From Octopus sinensis (taxonomy: Eukaryota), in contig NC_043005.1 in the NCBI RefSeq assembly GCF_006345805.1, positions 30,876,001 through 30,940,000 of the forward strand: 64,000 nucleotides of DNA. Reading direction: 5' to 3'. Positions 27,087 to 41,800 of the stretch are shown here, piece after piece. Position 1 is the stretch's first letter. Each line of letters begins with the position of its first letter. The notes under the pieces are model-generated. The model was given only the letters and a program-made list of their open reading frames with translations. It had not been told where the DNA came from and made no database searches. The position numbers and the translations under genes are program-made.

Positions 27087-30000
27087 CTTCTCTCTCTCCC
27101 TCTTTGTCTCAGAGTCAAAGGTAGACTGTATGATGCAAGTGAATGAACAGTCATGCTACATGATAGTGATAGGTGATCTCTGAATGTAGAGGACAAAGAG
27201 GAATGGAGCTAGTATGGTTCATTGGATGTATAGAATCATTGTGTATGTACAGCAAAATGCAAGTGTGTAGACAGAAAAAAAATAAGCATATAGAGAATAC
27301 AGATGTAGAGAGAGAAGACTGCTCTGGGTTTGGTCACAAGATGTATATGGATAAGACAGCTGTATAAGCCAATTGTTTACAGTGGGTGGAACTTGTGGAA
27401 AAGAGCAAACCAGGAAAATGAAGTAGTGAAGCCTGATCTCAAGATGTTGAGCCTCACAGAGGAGATGTCTGAAGACCCAGATGATTATCAATTTGCTGTG
27501 CTTAAGAAGATCTGTGATAGCAAGAGTGAGGTCCTAAAAGAATGATGCTCGTTCTTGTATATGCTGGTCCCACACCCTCTTTTCCCTCTCAAACATTTCC
27601 CCATATCTTCCTAACGGCCATCCCTCTATCTCTCTTCTAACTATGGTACTACTCAACTGCTGCAATCATTTGAGAGCAGAATCAGTACATACTTTATCCA
27701 CCCATCTTTGATACTACCAGTTGCCTCACAATGTCATCCCTGTTCATATTACATTTCATGATCATTCCCTTTCTTTGCTTTCAGTAATCTCTCTCTCTCT
27801 CTCTCTCCTCTGAGTTACACTTTAGGTTCACTATACCTCATCTTTAACACCTCTCCCACCTGCTATTTTTCTCAACACCCTCTCACAACTGCTATCAATG
27901 CTTCCCCTATCTTTGTCACCCCATTCACTATAAGCACCACCACGTACTTCTGACTCCCATCTCTGCCATATTTCATCACCCTTCCACCCACCACTCCACT
28001 CAAACCATGCACATCATTGCTCTACTTTCTGATCTATCTGCAGATATATGATACTGTTGTTTCCCACACCACCTTCCTGAGTCACTTCAGTCTCTCTCAT
28101 CTCTCCTTTCAAACTTATATTTAACACCAACCACACCTTCACCCTTTTTTACCACTCGCTACATCCACTTCTAGCCCAATCTCTAACCATCTGTCACTCT
28201 CCTCTCACATTTTAATGAAATTACCCAGCCCTTCCCCACTCCTGAACTACATTCTATATTCTTTTGTTGGTTCCTGAACCTATTTTTACTTAGTCTGTTA
28301 TTTTCTGTTCACATTTTACTTGCAATGTATCATACTTTGCTCCATTGATTAAAATTTTCAAGTTTACTCTGTGCTTTTGGCAACCTTATTTTTAATATTG
28401 AGAGAGTATTTTTCTGTCACAGTTTGAGAATGTATTTTCTGAAACTACTTCAACATGCTTCCCGCTATAGCTTCGCTGTAAGTCCTTAAAATGACCTTCT
28501 CTTTTAGTTTTTGATTATTCACATATATAGTTGCACAAATGCAATTTGAGTGTATTAAATGCAATTAACAGTAAAAAAAAATGTAAAAGAATATTAGGTA
28601 CCCTGCTATTAGTGACCAAATTGTGAGGTAAAACATGATCAACAATCTAATGGCATTCCTACACACAGATTCAGCAGCAGTAGCAGCTCCAGTATCATCA
28701 TTTAATGCCCATGTTCCATGCAGGCATGGGTTGGATAGTTTGACAGAATCTGATGAACTACAGGGCTGCACCAAACACCATTGTCACCACATTTGCATTC
28801 AAATCCACTCTGCACTTTATGCATAGATCTGTAAAATTATACCTTCCTTCTCTACCACACTCACTACATGTACAAAGGGGGTTCCCTAAAGTAACCAAAA
28901 ACATTCTCTGTGGAACAAGCCCATTGTATTTCAGGCTTCTGCTGCTAGATGTCACATGACGTGACTCTCAGGCATCAGTCTGCTGACTGCTGGCATTGTG
29001 TCAAGTCATACTGCCATGTGGTGCATCTTGGTTTTGCAGTGCTTCTCTCCTGTTCATCAATTTTTGCAATGGCTGAAATGAAGGAACAGCATGCTTCCAT
29101 GAAGTTCTGTTTTGTGCTGGGTAAAACAGCAGCTGAAACAGTTCTCATGCTTCAAACAGCTTACAAGAATGCTGCCATGAGCAAAACACAAGTTTATGAA
29201 TGGTTACTTGTTGTTTGTTTAGAGTGACTGTTGACTTCCTGAACAAATGAAAATATGAAAATTCATGAACTGATCTTGGAGGACCATCGCCAAACAATTG
29301 ATGAACTTGTTGATATGTCCTGGAGCTCCTGCCAATGAATTTTGGGCAAGGAATAGCATATTAAAAGAGTTGCAGCAAAATTTGTGCCTCACTTACTCAT
29401 GGAATATCAAAAGCAGTCATGACTGAAAGAACAGTTGGACACTGATCTGAACCTTTTTTGTTTTTTTGAAGGTCATCACTGGTGACAAAAGCTGATGCTA
29501 TGGTTATGACCTGGAAACAAAGCAGTAATCAAGTCAATGGAAGCATTCAATGTTACCATGCCCCCCAAAAGTGCATCAAGTGAAGTCTAATGTCAAGACA
29601 ATGCTGATTTGTTTTATCGATGCAAAAGGAATTGTCCACATAGTATTTGTTCCTTCTGGACAAACTGTTAACCAGGCAGTTTACTTGGTAGTTCTGCAGT
29701 GTTTGTGAGACATGGTGAGATGAAAATGCCTCAACCAGTGGCAAAGTGGAGAGTTGTGGTTTCATCACAACAATGCACCTTCATACACTGCCTTGAATGT
29801 GAGACAGTTTTTGACCAAAAATGGCATGACCCTGTTTACCCACCCTCATTTTTCACCTGATCTTGCTCCTTGCAACTTTTTTTTGCTCTTCCACAAAAAG
29901 TCCTTTAAGGTAAATGTTTTGCAGATGTGGAAGAGATGAAGAAAAAAATGAGGGAGGTGTTAAAAGGCATCACTTCGCAAGGGTTCAAGGACTGTTTCAA

Positions 30001-30270
30001 ACAGTGGAAAATGCATCTGGACTGATGATTGTTTCAAATGGAGAATACTTTAAAGGCAATAAAAGTATAAGCATGTAAAACTAAGTGAATAAAATAATAT
30101 TGCAAAATTCCAGTTTCTTTTGGGTACTCCCTCATACACATACATGCCCAACATGAAAGCACCTCTAGTAGCTTCAAATCAACAAACCCAACAATCATGC
30201 AAGATGTTCCTACCATTGCACTCAAATAGTGCACTCTTGAAATAGCTCTTATCCTCATCAAAGTTTTCAA

Positions 30271-30318
<48 letters not shown>

Positions 30319-33300
30319 TATACTAAGGGCCTTAGAGTTAATCTAGCTAAGACCAAAGTCCTACTAACTAGGAAAACAGACAAATTACTAATCCCTTCAA
30401 GAAGATGGTCCTGTTCAATATTTAGAAATAGTGTAAGTAGAAATTCCATATGATGTGCCCAGTACAAGCTATGGACACATAAGAGGTGCAGTAGTATCAC
30501 TGGAAGATTAACAGAGAAAGTAGTCTTTGTGTGTGACTGATGTGTAGGTACAATAAACACTAAAAATGTACAGGAGGTAGACTTCCTCAAATATCCAGGG
30601 TATCTTTAGAAGTGGCAGATAGGTTCCATTCTTTGGGTAACCAAGTTAGCAGTGGAAGAGAATAGTCTAAAAGTGTAGTTGCTATATTAGAGTGAGCTGG
30701 GCAAAGTTCAGAAAGCTACTACCTTTGGCAAAGAGCCTGATGCCTGTGTACAAACAGCTATGCGAAAGCTTAAAAGAAACGAAGCCAGCATGCCACCCTT
30801 GATGGGTAATGTCAGTATACATGTACAGCAGAGTGTAAATGATTTAAGAGAAAATTGGGTATAAGAGGCATCAGATGTTGGGTGCAAGAGAGAAGACTGC
30901 ACTGGTATGGTTATGTGGTGCATATGGATGTGGTGCATAAAGAAATGCCGATCTCTAATTGTGAAGGGAACATGTGAGATGGGTAGACCCAGGAAGAAAT
31001 TGAATGAAGTGATGCGAAATAATCTTCAGTTGTTGAACCTCTCTGAGATGATATGGGACTGAGACTTCTGGCAATTTGCTGTGCTTGAGAAGACACATCA
31101 AACTAAATAAAACCATGGCATTCCACAAATACAGGCATGTCCTTTACAGCCATGCCATCCTCTCATGCATACACACAATCTGTCCTCTGTTAAAACTCCC
31201 GCACAACCCATCTTCCCAGCATCCCCATTTCAACACTCATGCTGCAGCCCCCTCCACTCTCCCCCATGTGCTTATCCATACACTCTCAAATGTCCTCGCA
31301 TATCTACCATACTCCCATCTCTGCCACCATCACCTACTACAGTCATGTCTTCATCTCTAAACATCTTCCCTCACACTCTTATGGAACATCCTCTCTATCC
31401 CCTCTATACTACTTATACTTCCCCCTCCATTGTTTTCTGTGGGTAGGTCCCACTGCATTTCCCACCCCATCTATTTCTCTCATTCTGACTGTCTCTCTAT
31501 CTCTCTCTCCCCTTCCTCCTTCCTTGTCCTACTGGGGTAGCCAGGTATCTATAGTAAGACAACTATATCTGTCCCTCACCTAGCACACAGCCACTTCCCT
31601 CAGTTCCACTCCCTCTCTCAGGTCTTTGTCAAGTTATTTGGCAACCTCTCTGGTGGTGCTGCCATGTAAAAAGCACCTGAGCACCTGTTCTGATGCCACA
31701 TAAAAAGCACCTATGTTGGTGCTACATAAACAGCACCCAGTGCACTCTGAGGTTGGCATTAAGAAGGGCATCCAGCCATAGAAACCATGCCAAAGCAGAC
31801 ACCAGAGCCTGATACAGCTTTCTGACCAGCATGTAAAATGGACATTAAATGATGATGATGATGATGATGGCTTCATTGGTTCTCTTTTCCAAGAAAAGCA
31901 ACCTCACTGAATCTGCTGACCATCTTCCTATTGTACTCACTTCCAGTAATTTAAAGGTAATAGAGACAGCCATCAATAACAATCTTCCTCAGCACCTTGA
32001 ATTGGTTCCCTCATTTCTACAGCCAGATCTACTGAAGATATACTTTCTTATACCACTATTCAATTGGCCCCTGTTCTACAGAAATTTATTGAAAGCAATA
32101 TTATTATTACATTCAACATCAGCTAAGCATTCAACCGTGCCCAGGATTTGGATCTCTTGATAAAACTATTTGCTTATGGGATCCATTTATCTCTCATTTC
32201 TTGGATAGGTGACTGCTCAAATTGCACAGGAAATTGCAGGATGTGCTTATAGAACTTTCTTTGACCCATACTCTGTTAACTTTGATGCACCCCCAAGCCT
32301 TGATTTTGTTTCCTACATTCTACCTCCTATTATTACATCAATGATCTACTTTCCCTTATCTCCACAACGTCCTGACCTTTCTCTGCAATTGTTGTCTTTC
32401 ATTTGTTCAAGAGAAATGGTAACCACATCAATGTCACTGGCCTTGGAAGGCCTGTACCAGAGATGGACATAAGCTTTTCTTCTCGACTAATCTAACTGAA
32501 TGTAAATTTGGTGATATTGAAAACACTATACAAAGCAACAACATTTATTTCATTTTCAAAACTAACTTTCTGGCTGAGTTTTTCTTAAGTTACCTTTTTG
32601 CTGTGTCTCTTCTAACATATCTATTTGCATTTCGTATCTATCGTTCTGTTTTGCATACTTTGGATTCATGGTCAGTATTAAATCTTGTAAATCTTTAAAA
32701 GCTATTTTCATAAATAAATTACGGTCAGCCTTTTGCGAAAATTCATATTGCACATATGGAGCAGAATATTTTGATATTCTTCTTTTTTTTTTCCTGCACT
32801 TCATGTGTAATTGTTGCTTATTTTCCTTGAAAGCAACCCATGGTATGTTGGTTGCACATTTTCTAATTTTCAACAAGAGTAGTTGTGTCAACAGTCTATT
32901 AGGATCTCTTTTAAGCAAACAATTGTGAATAGTGTATGCTTATTCTGTTTTAAACATTGAACTTATTTCTGAACTGTCTGGCCTTAAAAGTTTCTAACTT
33001 CAACTAATATTTTAATCTTATTACCAAAGGTATCTCTAATTTGCCATTCTACCTGTTCAGTGTTGCAACCATATCTCTTGTAAAATTCCATATTATCTTC
33101 AAAATGGGGGTGGGCACATGAAAACAGGCAGATGGCACCTAGAATAATTAAAACTGCTACTTTATTACAGTTTTAAACTCCCTCAAAGTTTTATGAAGGC
33201 TTAAGAGAAAAGGAAACAAGATGACATTAAGTTGCAAATATTTGAAATTATTTCAGTGAAAGTGAGTACCATAGTTTATAAGTAACTTCATAATTTTGAA

Positions 33301-34313
33301 GATATTAAGTTGGTTAACATGCCACTGCACAGAAACTTCTCAAACCACATCTAAAAGAAAGCCATTTGATTGATTGATTGGTAAGAAATCTGTTACTAGC
33401 ACACTTCAGTCTCTAATCCACAAAATCATCATCTGCTTACTCTGCTTCTTATTCTGCAATTATAACAATTTCTGTTTCTCAGAGGTAGCTAGTTGCATAC
33501 CAGTTCTCTTGTCACCCATTCTATGGTGCTTTCCCAGGCAGTGCACTTACATGATGCTCACTACATCCATCTCAGGTTATCAACATACTGGATTTCCTTT
33601 TCTGCCCATGCTTTGTCCACAGGTGTTGACTTGCATTTATTTAAGCTGAACATCAATGATTTCAAGTTTAAATCTTTGGAGAACCTGTGAAGGTTATAGC
33701 CACAGTCTCTTATTTCCAATCGAAACCTAGAAGAAAAAAAAACTAACAACTTAATTTTAGCTTTTACTGAACTGATTATTGCCAATGCAGACTTCTACTA
33801 GTCTAGTTGTACAATGTATCACCAGCAGCAACACTTGCTTATACATCTAGTACTCTTTCTCCATTCGCATCACATAAGGTCACTAATATATACAAGTTCT
33901 CAATTTCTTAAACTGTTGTGAAATAGCCTCAAGAACTCTATTGATAGAAAGCAGATGAGAAAACAACATTGGTGAGCTTGTATAGAAAATTCCTCTGTAA
34001 ATTCACTGCCAATTCTAATCTTGCTGCACTATGATATATAACTTGCAGAGTTCTTTCAAGTCATTTGCCTACATATTTTCCTTAGCACTCACCAGGACAC
34101 ATTAGCTAATGTAATCTCAGATGAGAACGTGATGGCTTGGATGCCTTCAAAGCTGACTTGAAGATAAAGAACAACAAAAGCACTTTCTTTGACTCTTTTA
34201 ATTAATTAAGCAAGTAACCATATGACTTACATAGCTTAATTCCTTCAATGTCTCAGCAACTATTCCTCATCAACAAGCTGCTTTCTTTGCTGAAGCTTAA
34301 TTTTAATATGTGA

Positions 34314-34366
<53 letters not shown>

Positions 34367-37300
34367 GTCTACTAAAGTAGTACCTCACTATCATACTCAT
34401 ACTTCTCATTCAAAAATTCCATCCACCTGCATATCAAGGTAACAGTAGATCACCCCCACTAAGCTCCCTGACAATATTACTCTCTGTACTTGAACTTTGG
34501 TTAGAGACTACAAACAAGATTCAACCCCTCTATTCCTTTTATATGAAACTCATAGCATCCAAATATGTTACTCATAAGAACTCGGTTTCACCACACAATA
34601 AGATAAACATACTTATAGCAGATTTAGTTAGGCTAATGAACACTCCTACTTCTTGTGAAAACCCTGTGAAATAAAGAGACACATGCAAGAGTTTATACAC
34701 TGCATGCAGTTGTCTGGTTACACTCATAGAAATAGAGTCAGAGTGTACTGGGGTTCCAGGAAGAAGCTAGATGACATCATAAGTAAGGGCACCAGTGGAA
34801 CCTGCCCTAGTTACCAACACAATTATAAAAACAGAATATAGAGAATTAGTGATAAAGCAAACAGAATAAACACATAATATAACACAGAGTTATTTCAAGG
34901 GGTAATGTTTGTAGAGGCTGTGCCATACGGGAAGTTAGCCTGCAGGTTTAGGAAGGTTATGAAAGAAGCTAAACTCAACAGTAAAGATGTAGAAAAATCA
35001 GGGACATTTATCAAATCACAGTTATGTAAGACATACCCCTATCATGTACTGATAGGAACTGCAATTTTTTTACTTTTAAACCTAGTATGTAGTCTACCAA
35101 ATGAAATGCATCAAGGGTGATGGCAGGAACTGGAGTGTGGCATACATTGGGGAGACATCTAAGAGCTTAGCTGAGAGGCTAAATAAACACTGATGGAAAT
35201 ATAAAGACAGGAAACAGTTGTCAATACTCTACCAACATGCTAGAGATCAATATAGCAGCATGTTGAATCAAATTAGTATTGAAATCTTGTCTAAACACTT
35301 GAGGGATTCATCATTAACCCTTTAGTGTTCGCATTATTCTGCCAATTAATGCTTTTGCATCCACATTGTTTTGAACTAATCATGCTTTATCTTGTAGCTA
35401 TGAGATTTTGATGAGGTAGCTGTTAATTTTTAAAACGATATTGTAGGGTTGGTGTGAGAGACCAGATCTGGCCAGTTTGAGCATAAAACAGGCAGAATAC
35501 TTTTGGCCGGATATAGCCGGTTTAAATGCTAAAGGGTTAACACAGATTGACGGATCTGTTCTCATAAATGACACAACACCAGCACTAAATAACAATATAC
35601 ATAGTAAATAATAGAACCACAACACCACTGCAACTACCCATGCAACACTTGCACAATATGGGCATGTATATATCCCTGTGAGTAGGAGAGTATGTTTTGG
35701 TGTAACTAAGTATATATATAGTATTACAATGACAGCAGGATACACAGAAATCCATAAAGATAAAAACATGTAATTATGAACAGTTCCAGTACACAACCAT
35801 ACACGTCTAAGCACAAGTATACACACATGAAAATACACATACACACAGACAAACATGCTCAAGCACATGCATGCACATATGCAGAAACATGCATGCAAAC
35901 TTACAGACACATATCTATTCAAACAGACAATTGGCTACACTACACAATGCATGCGTGCATGAAAACACTCAAACATACACACAAATGATTACCTATTCAA
36001 AAGAAAAATGACTACACCACAAACACACATAAGTAAACTCACACAGCTACATACAAGCACATGCACACATGCACACACACACACACAGAGAGACATGACT
36101 AGTTCTTAGACAAACTCGAAGCAGACCTTGAAGAGTGAGGACATGTCATTGATGAGGTTGTGAATAGTAATGAAAGGACTGTGACAGAGAAAACTGACAA
36201 CCAATTGATTGTTCAATTAATGCATTGAACAAACCATTGAATAGTTAGTTGGTCAAATAAAGAAGTGGCATTGAACTGCTACATGTGTTTATTTTAATTT
36301 TTACTAGCATAATAACCCTTCCCAGACACAAGATTTGTTTCAACACACAAATTCACATAAAAAATCTTGCAACTCAAATGCAAAAATGATCATGTGATTT
36401 ATACAATTTGACTTTACAGTAGGAGCACTTTTATGACCTACATTGGTGAAGTTCAAAGGTTTCTTTAAAATCTGATTTTTGCTTCATTTAGTGTGAATAT
36501 TTTTGCTCAATTCAATCTGTATTATGATAAATTAGCTTAACACCTTTTCTCCTCAAATACTAAAGTCCATATTACTAAAGCTAGTGTGTATTATACAGTA
36601 GATATTCTTTCTAGGATTCTGTTACAAATAATTATGGATGCATGTTACACACAAGTACATATTATACCTGAATATAATAATAAGACTTTTTGGAAACTTT
36701 AATATCATTTTTCAATTTTTGTTTTATAGGAAACAGATACTGATCTTGAAGATGAAGTGGACCTCCTTATGAGCAATGACATTGTTGTCACTCAGATGTC
36801 AACTAAAAATATTACTTTCCATCGCATGAAAAGTGGTTGGTTATTCAAAGAAGACAAAACAGTTAGTGTCAATTTTGTTTTTACAAAAAAATTCTCCCAT
36901 CTTTTTTTTTTTTTTTGCATATAAATAGAAATAATGTGAATGTAAAATGAATCTGTAACTGTTATCAGTAACATTTTTGAAAAACAGGTCAGAATTACCT
37001 TAAAAATTAGCAGAATATTATATAAGGTATTCTTCTGGAATAGTTGCATAATATTCCTCAAATAATGTGGTATTTTCACTATCCACTATTTTCAGTACAA
37101 AGTAAATTAGTGTTGAGATCATTATTATGATGTTTTTTTTGTATGTAGGCTATTAGATCAAAACTTTCCTTTTTCTATAGCTTCTAAGTATCAATGTACT
37201 TTACCCTAATGTCTTTGAGCTTGCCAAGACATAATTGGAGATAATCCTTTTAGTCATGTTGCTTCACACTTTACCAAATTTCCTTAAACAATAAAACCAC

Positions 37301-38791
37301 ATTTGCTTTTCTAGTAAAGAATGAAAAAAAATCCCTTCATGTAATACTAATTCATTTGCAATCACAACTTATATATGAAGAGTGTCCCCATTGCAAAACA
37401 TACTCTTATGTGACCATGATATATAGTGCATAATTCTTGTGTCCTGTATGGGACTATAGTTGACGTTTAATTTCTCCTTGACAATTGGTATTATTTTGTC
37501 TAAAATATTTTTGCTTACCCTTCCTAGGTCGGATTTAGTGGGGCATATTAGGCGTATTGAAGGTTTGGTAATAAAGTCCTTCTTGTGATCCTTGAGGTTG
37601 AAGCATGGAGGTGTAGGGCAGTATGGTTTGGTTCGGTCATCCACTTGTAATTTCTTCATAAGTTTCCAGTGTTTAGTGTTGATGTCATTTAGGGCAGCTG
37701 TTGAAGCCAGCTTGTAGGATTTGTTGAGTTTCTTCTTTATGAATTTATTGTATTCCTCAATGGTAATGGGTACGTATTTCCTGTTTTATCTGAGAAGTCA
37801 TGTAATTTGGGGGATGCAGTGATTCATTTTATCATGTGTGAGATTTTTTTTTGAAAGGGGGATTTATATTTGGATAATTTAATGTTTTTAATTAAATTAA
37901 TCATATCCGCTTCAAATTTTTTGAGATGGGGGTTGTGTGTGGGGTGTTTATTTATATATATATATATACTTTGTTGCTATCTGTCATTTTAATTCTTCTC
38001 TTATTTATCCCATAGCCATATAAATGTTGTGAAGATGTAAAGTAGTATTTTACAACTATAATTGCATTTTTTATGGGGGATATATCAAGGCACTCTTGCA
38101 TAATTCAGTTATTAAACAATATCCTAAAAGATATTTCTGAATGTTTTGTAGCTATTTTATTTCCTTTATCAAGGATCATTTCTTTCTTCTTCAGATATCT
38201 GAAAATGTTATCTTTTGGGTTTTTTTTCTTTTTTTAGTAAGTCTTTTATTATTACTTGTTATTCACATATTTTAGAACTCAAAAGTTTTCTAAGAAATCA
38301 TAGGGAAATTTGGAAGTAGTTTCTCAGAATGAGTTGGTTTAAATATTTATTGTTAATTCATCTTCTCATGTTAATCTTAGAAACAAATCAGTTGTGTTTG
38401 TATTTGTGCTATAAATTTATTATCTCTTGTTACAGGAATTAGTAGGGTCTTTTGCTGCTGATTACTATAGTATATGTGGACTAATTTTAGAATCTAGGAA
38501 AAGGTAAGTAATTATTTTTTAATCTAAAATTAGCATTTTTACCATGTAATTTGTTTAAACTAGTTGTAAAAGCTGGTGGAGTTAACTGTTATTGCTTTCA
38601 TGTTCCTTTTTTGTTAAGATATTGATATCTTTGAAGAACAAGGACACAGATTTATTTTATGAATAACATTTTGATATTAAATCCTAAGAATGAAAAAAAA
38701 AAGCATCATTATTGAGAACACCAATTTCAGCTTTCTCAGAAATGCAAATAAACATGCACACATCCACAATCACAAACACACATATCCCACC

Positions 38792-38849
<58 letters not shown>

Positions 38850-41800
38850 CATATATATACACACACACACACAGATATATATATATATATATATATATAT
38901 ATCATCATCATCATCGTTTAACGTCCGTTCTCCATGCTAGCATGGGTTGGACGGTTCGACCGGGGATCTGGGAAGCCAGAAGGCTGCACCAGGCTCCGGT
39001 CTTATCTGGCAATGTTTCTACAGCTAGATGCCCTTCCTAACGCCAACCACTCCGTGAGTGTAGTGGGTGCTTTTTACGTGCCACTTGCACTGGTGCCAGA
39101 CGAGGCTGGCATCGGCCACGGTCGGATTGGTGCATTTTACGTGCCACCTGCACGGAAGCCACATATATATATGTATTTATGATATCAAAATTGCACATAT
39201 ATATATATGTATTTATGATATCAAAATTGGTTGTGCAGTTCTCAAGTTTTAGGGATTCACACATCAAGAAGTATTCTCAAAGTTTCCACTTCTCGTGAGG
39301 TTTCTAAGACACCCTAATGGGGGTTTTTACTCCCAAATTTTAGTCATTTCTTTTATGATCCAAAACTAGGTCAAAAGTACTGAATGGAACGAATTTGGAA
39401 ATTATATTCTATGCATAAGGGCCATAACCCCCATGACAATTCATATATTATTGCTGTTGATGAAATTTTAACCATAGATATTAGACACAAATGAAATAAT
39501 ATTTATAAAATTTCATCTTCTTAGAAGTTAGAAAGACCCCTTCATGGGGATTTAACACCCACAATTTAATCATTTTATCTAAGCAAAGATGAATGCAGTT
39601 GTACACTTGGAAGCTATAGGGTCACACGAGCATAAAAGATGAGCGTTATTTGTAATTCAATTGTACAACAGTGTAAGAGTTTACTTTGAGATATACTTAG
39701 ATTGTAATTTCTGCAATGTGGTGCATAAATTGTCAAGTAAATGAGAGGCATCTTTGCCTCCACTGATTCAGTTGCAACGTGTTGAGTAAAGTTATTTGAT
39801 TGCAGATCTCCTTTGAGTCTTTTCATTATCACTGGGTCACACATAGTCCCCTGATGGTAACATTGATTTCAAGGCCTTCCCAGATGAGTGACTGGCTATT
39901 CAAAGACATTTACAGATTTTTAATTTATTCTGTTCAGTTACGTATCAATACGTAGTCATTTGCAAACTCCAGAGGTGACACTTTCATTTCTCCTTAGCCC
40001 TCACGTCACACAGTTGTTAATGTTTATTTGAGTTGGGTCATGCCCTTCCAATTGCTAGATCTGTAATGCATCTTACAGCTTTGCCTGTCACCTGTATTGT
40101 GAGGAATCCTACATTGGGAGTAGTAACAACTAGGGTACCGTAGCTGACTGCTTATTGCGATCATTCATCTTTTGGTTTCATGTAGCTTTGCTCTCTTTTA
40201 CAAACTCAGTGAAAATACATATATTTCCTATTTCAAAGAAATTCAAACAATAGATATAAGACCCAAGTTAAAAAGATTCTCAACAATTCAACTTCTCTGG
40301 TTGACATTAAGACACCCACCCCCAATTGGGGCCTTAACTCCCACATTTTAGAGCTCCATGACCTCCATTTTTCAGGAGCAAAATCCTTTTAACAGGTTCT
40401 ATAAGGCTGGACTTTTGGAATCTGCGCATAAAAATCAGTAGTATGGGATACATGTGCTATGATTACAATTTTTTAGGGTGTGTACAGAGGGAAAGAACCT
40501 TCATTTGCAATTTTGATGAAATTTGAATCATAGGCATTCCAGTTCATTACAGAAAATATAACAGAAAAGTCTAATTCTTCAATTGCATGTAACACAGGCA
40601 ATGCCAGATATCTCTGCTAGTCGTTCATAAAACTGTCTGCATTTTTGACAATACAGGCATGCTAATATATTTATGTAGCAAAGCTGGCAAGTTTTATTCA
40701 GCAGTAACTTCACAAATTCTAGTATATGAGAATGACATTAGTTAAGGTGTGTATATGGACTCACTAAGTAACATCCTTGTTGTTTTCCTGACCCTGTTAC
40801 GTGTTTCTTGTCTCTTCCAGTAAATGATTATATACATGGACATACACTTAGATTTACCAATAGTTTTACAGTCATACCTAGTCTAGTGCAACTGATGGTG
40901 TGTAAAGTAGAATAATCAGCATACTACAAAACATAGTAGGCAGGTTGAATATTGATTAATTTAGCTGGGTTAGACATAAGGCAATATGTAATGTTTGGTC
41001 AGGAAATTTAAACAATAGGCCAGCTCCTTATCCATTCATAGAATCTAGTTATTCAGTTTTTAAAAGCAATTTTCCTTCGATGTGTATTGCTGTATTGATA
41101 GACTTATATGACTTTTTATCTCTTTTCATTCATTCTATCTAAAGACGAGAACATTTAACTTTAGAAGATTTACAGAGAAATAAAGCTCTTCATGAAAATT
41201 TCTGCAAAGGAGCGATCATGGATGATATAGGACAGACTGGAAAGGTAAAAATATATATATATATTTTTTTTTTTTAGTAAATGTGTTTTATTAATAATAC
41301 TTGGTATAGACAATGACATATGCTAATGATTTAGTTCTGAAGGCAAAATATTGAATGAAATGAATCCCTATCATATCATTACTTGTTTGTGTAATATATC
41401 AGATAGTTTCCTCTCTTTTCCAAACTTTGTCTTTTTTTAATTTTCTGTTTCAGTTTTAGTAGCCTTGTCTCACTACCAAAACTTATATAACAAATAAAGC
41501 TCCAAGAATACACTCAACTTGACTTTCCCATGGTACACTTTGGTTGTTTAGGCTAACCAATATTATACTGAATACCCAGAGTGAAAAATAGAAGTACATA
41601 ATTGTGTTCTAGTAATGAAAGGATACATTAGACACTATAGGTCTACGAAGGAACAGTACAGTGAAAGCTGAAAAACTTTTGATCATTATGTTGTATCAAG
41701 GCTGACCTAAGGCTGAACAATAGTCTATACCACTCCTTATTTGTCAACATGGAAAAACAAAAAAAAATATTTATATAAAATAAATAATATATAAAGTGAT

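Noticed and set aside
27540-28260. Pyrimidine-rich tracts (also 31130-31630) as regulatory or triplex elements
   Set aside because: Most likely old degenerate repeat sequence; no periodicity or motif I could support
38684-39040. ORFs rich in [12 protein letters not shown] (also 10653, 14783, 25857, 48706, 61206, 61409 and others)
   Set aside because: They are translations of (TA)n, (CA)n and (TG)n microsatellites
39614-40180. Possible Helitron helicase remnant
   Set aside because: Only vague resemblance; no diagnostic motif could be read in any frame
41141-41150. AAG acceptor as evidence of unusual splicing
   Set aside because: AAG acceptors are uncommon but canonical; frame and protein motif are intact
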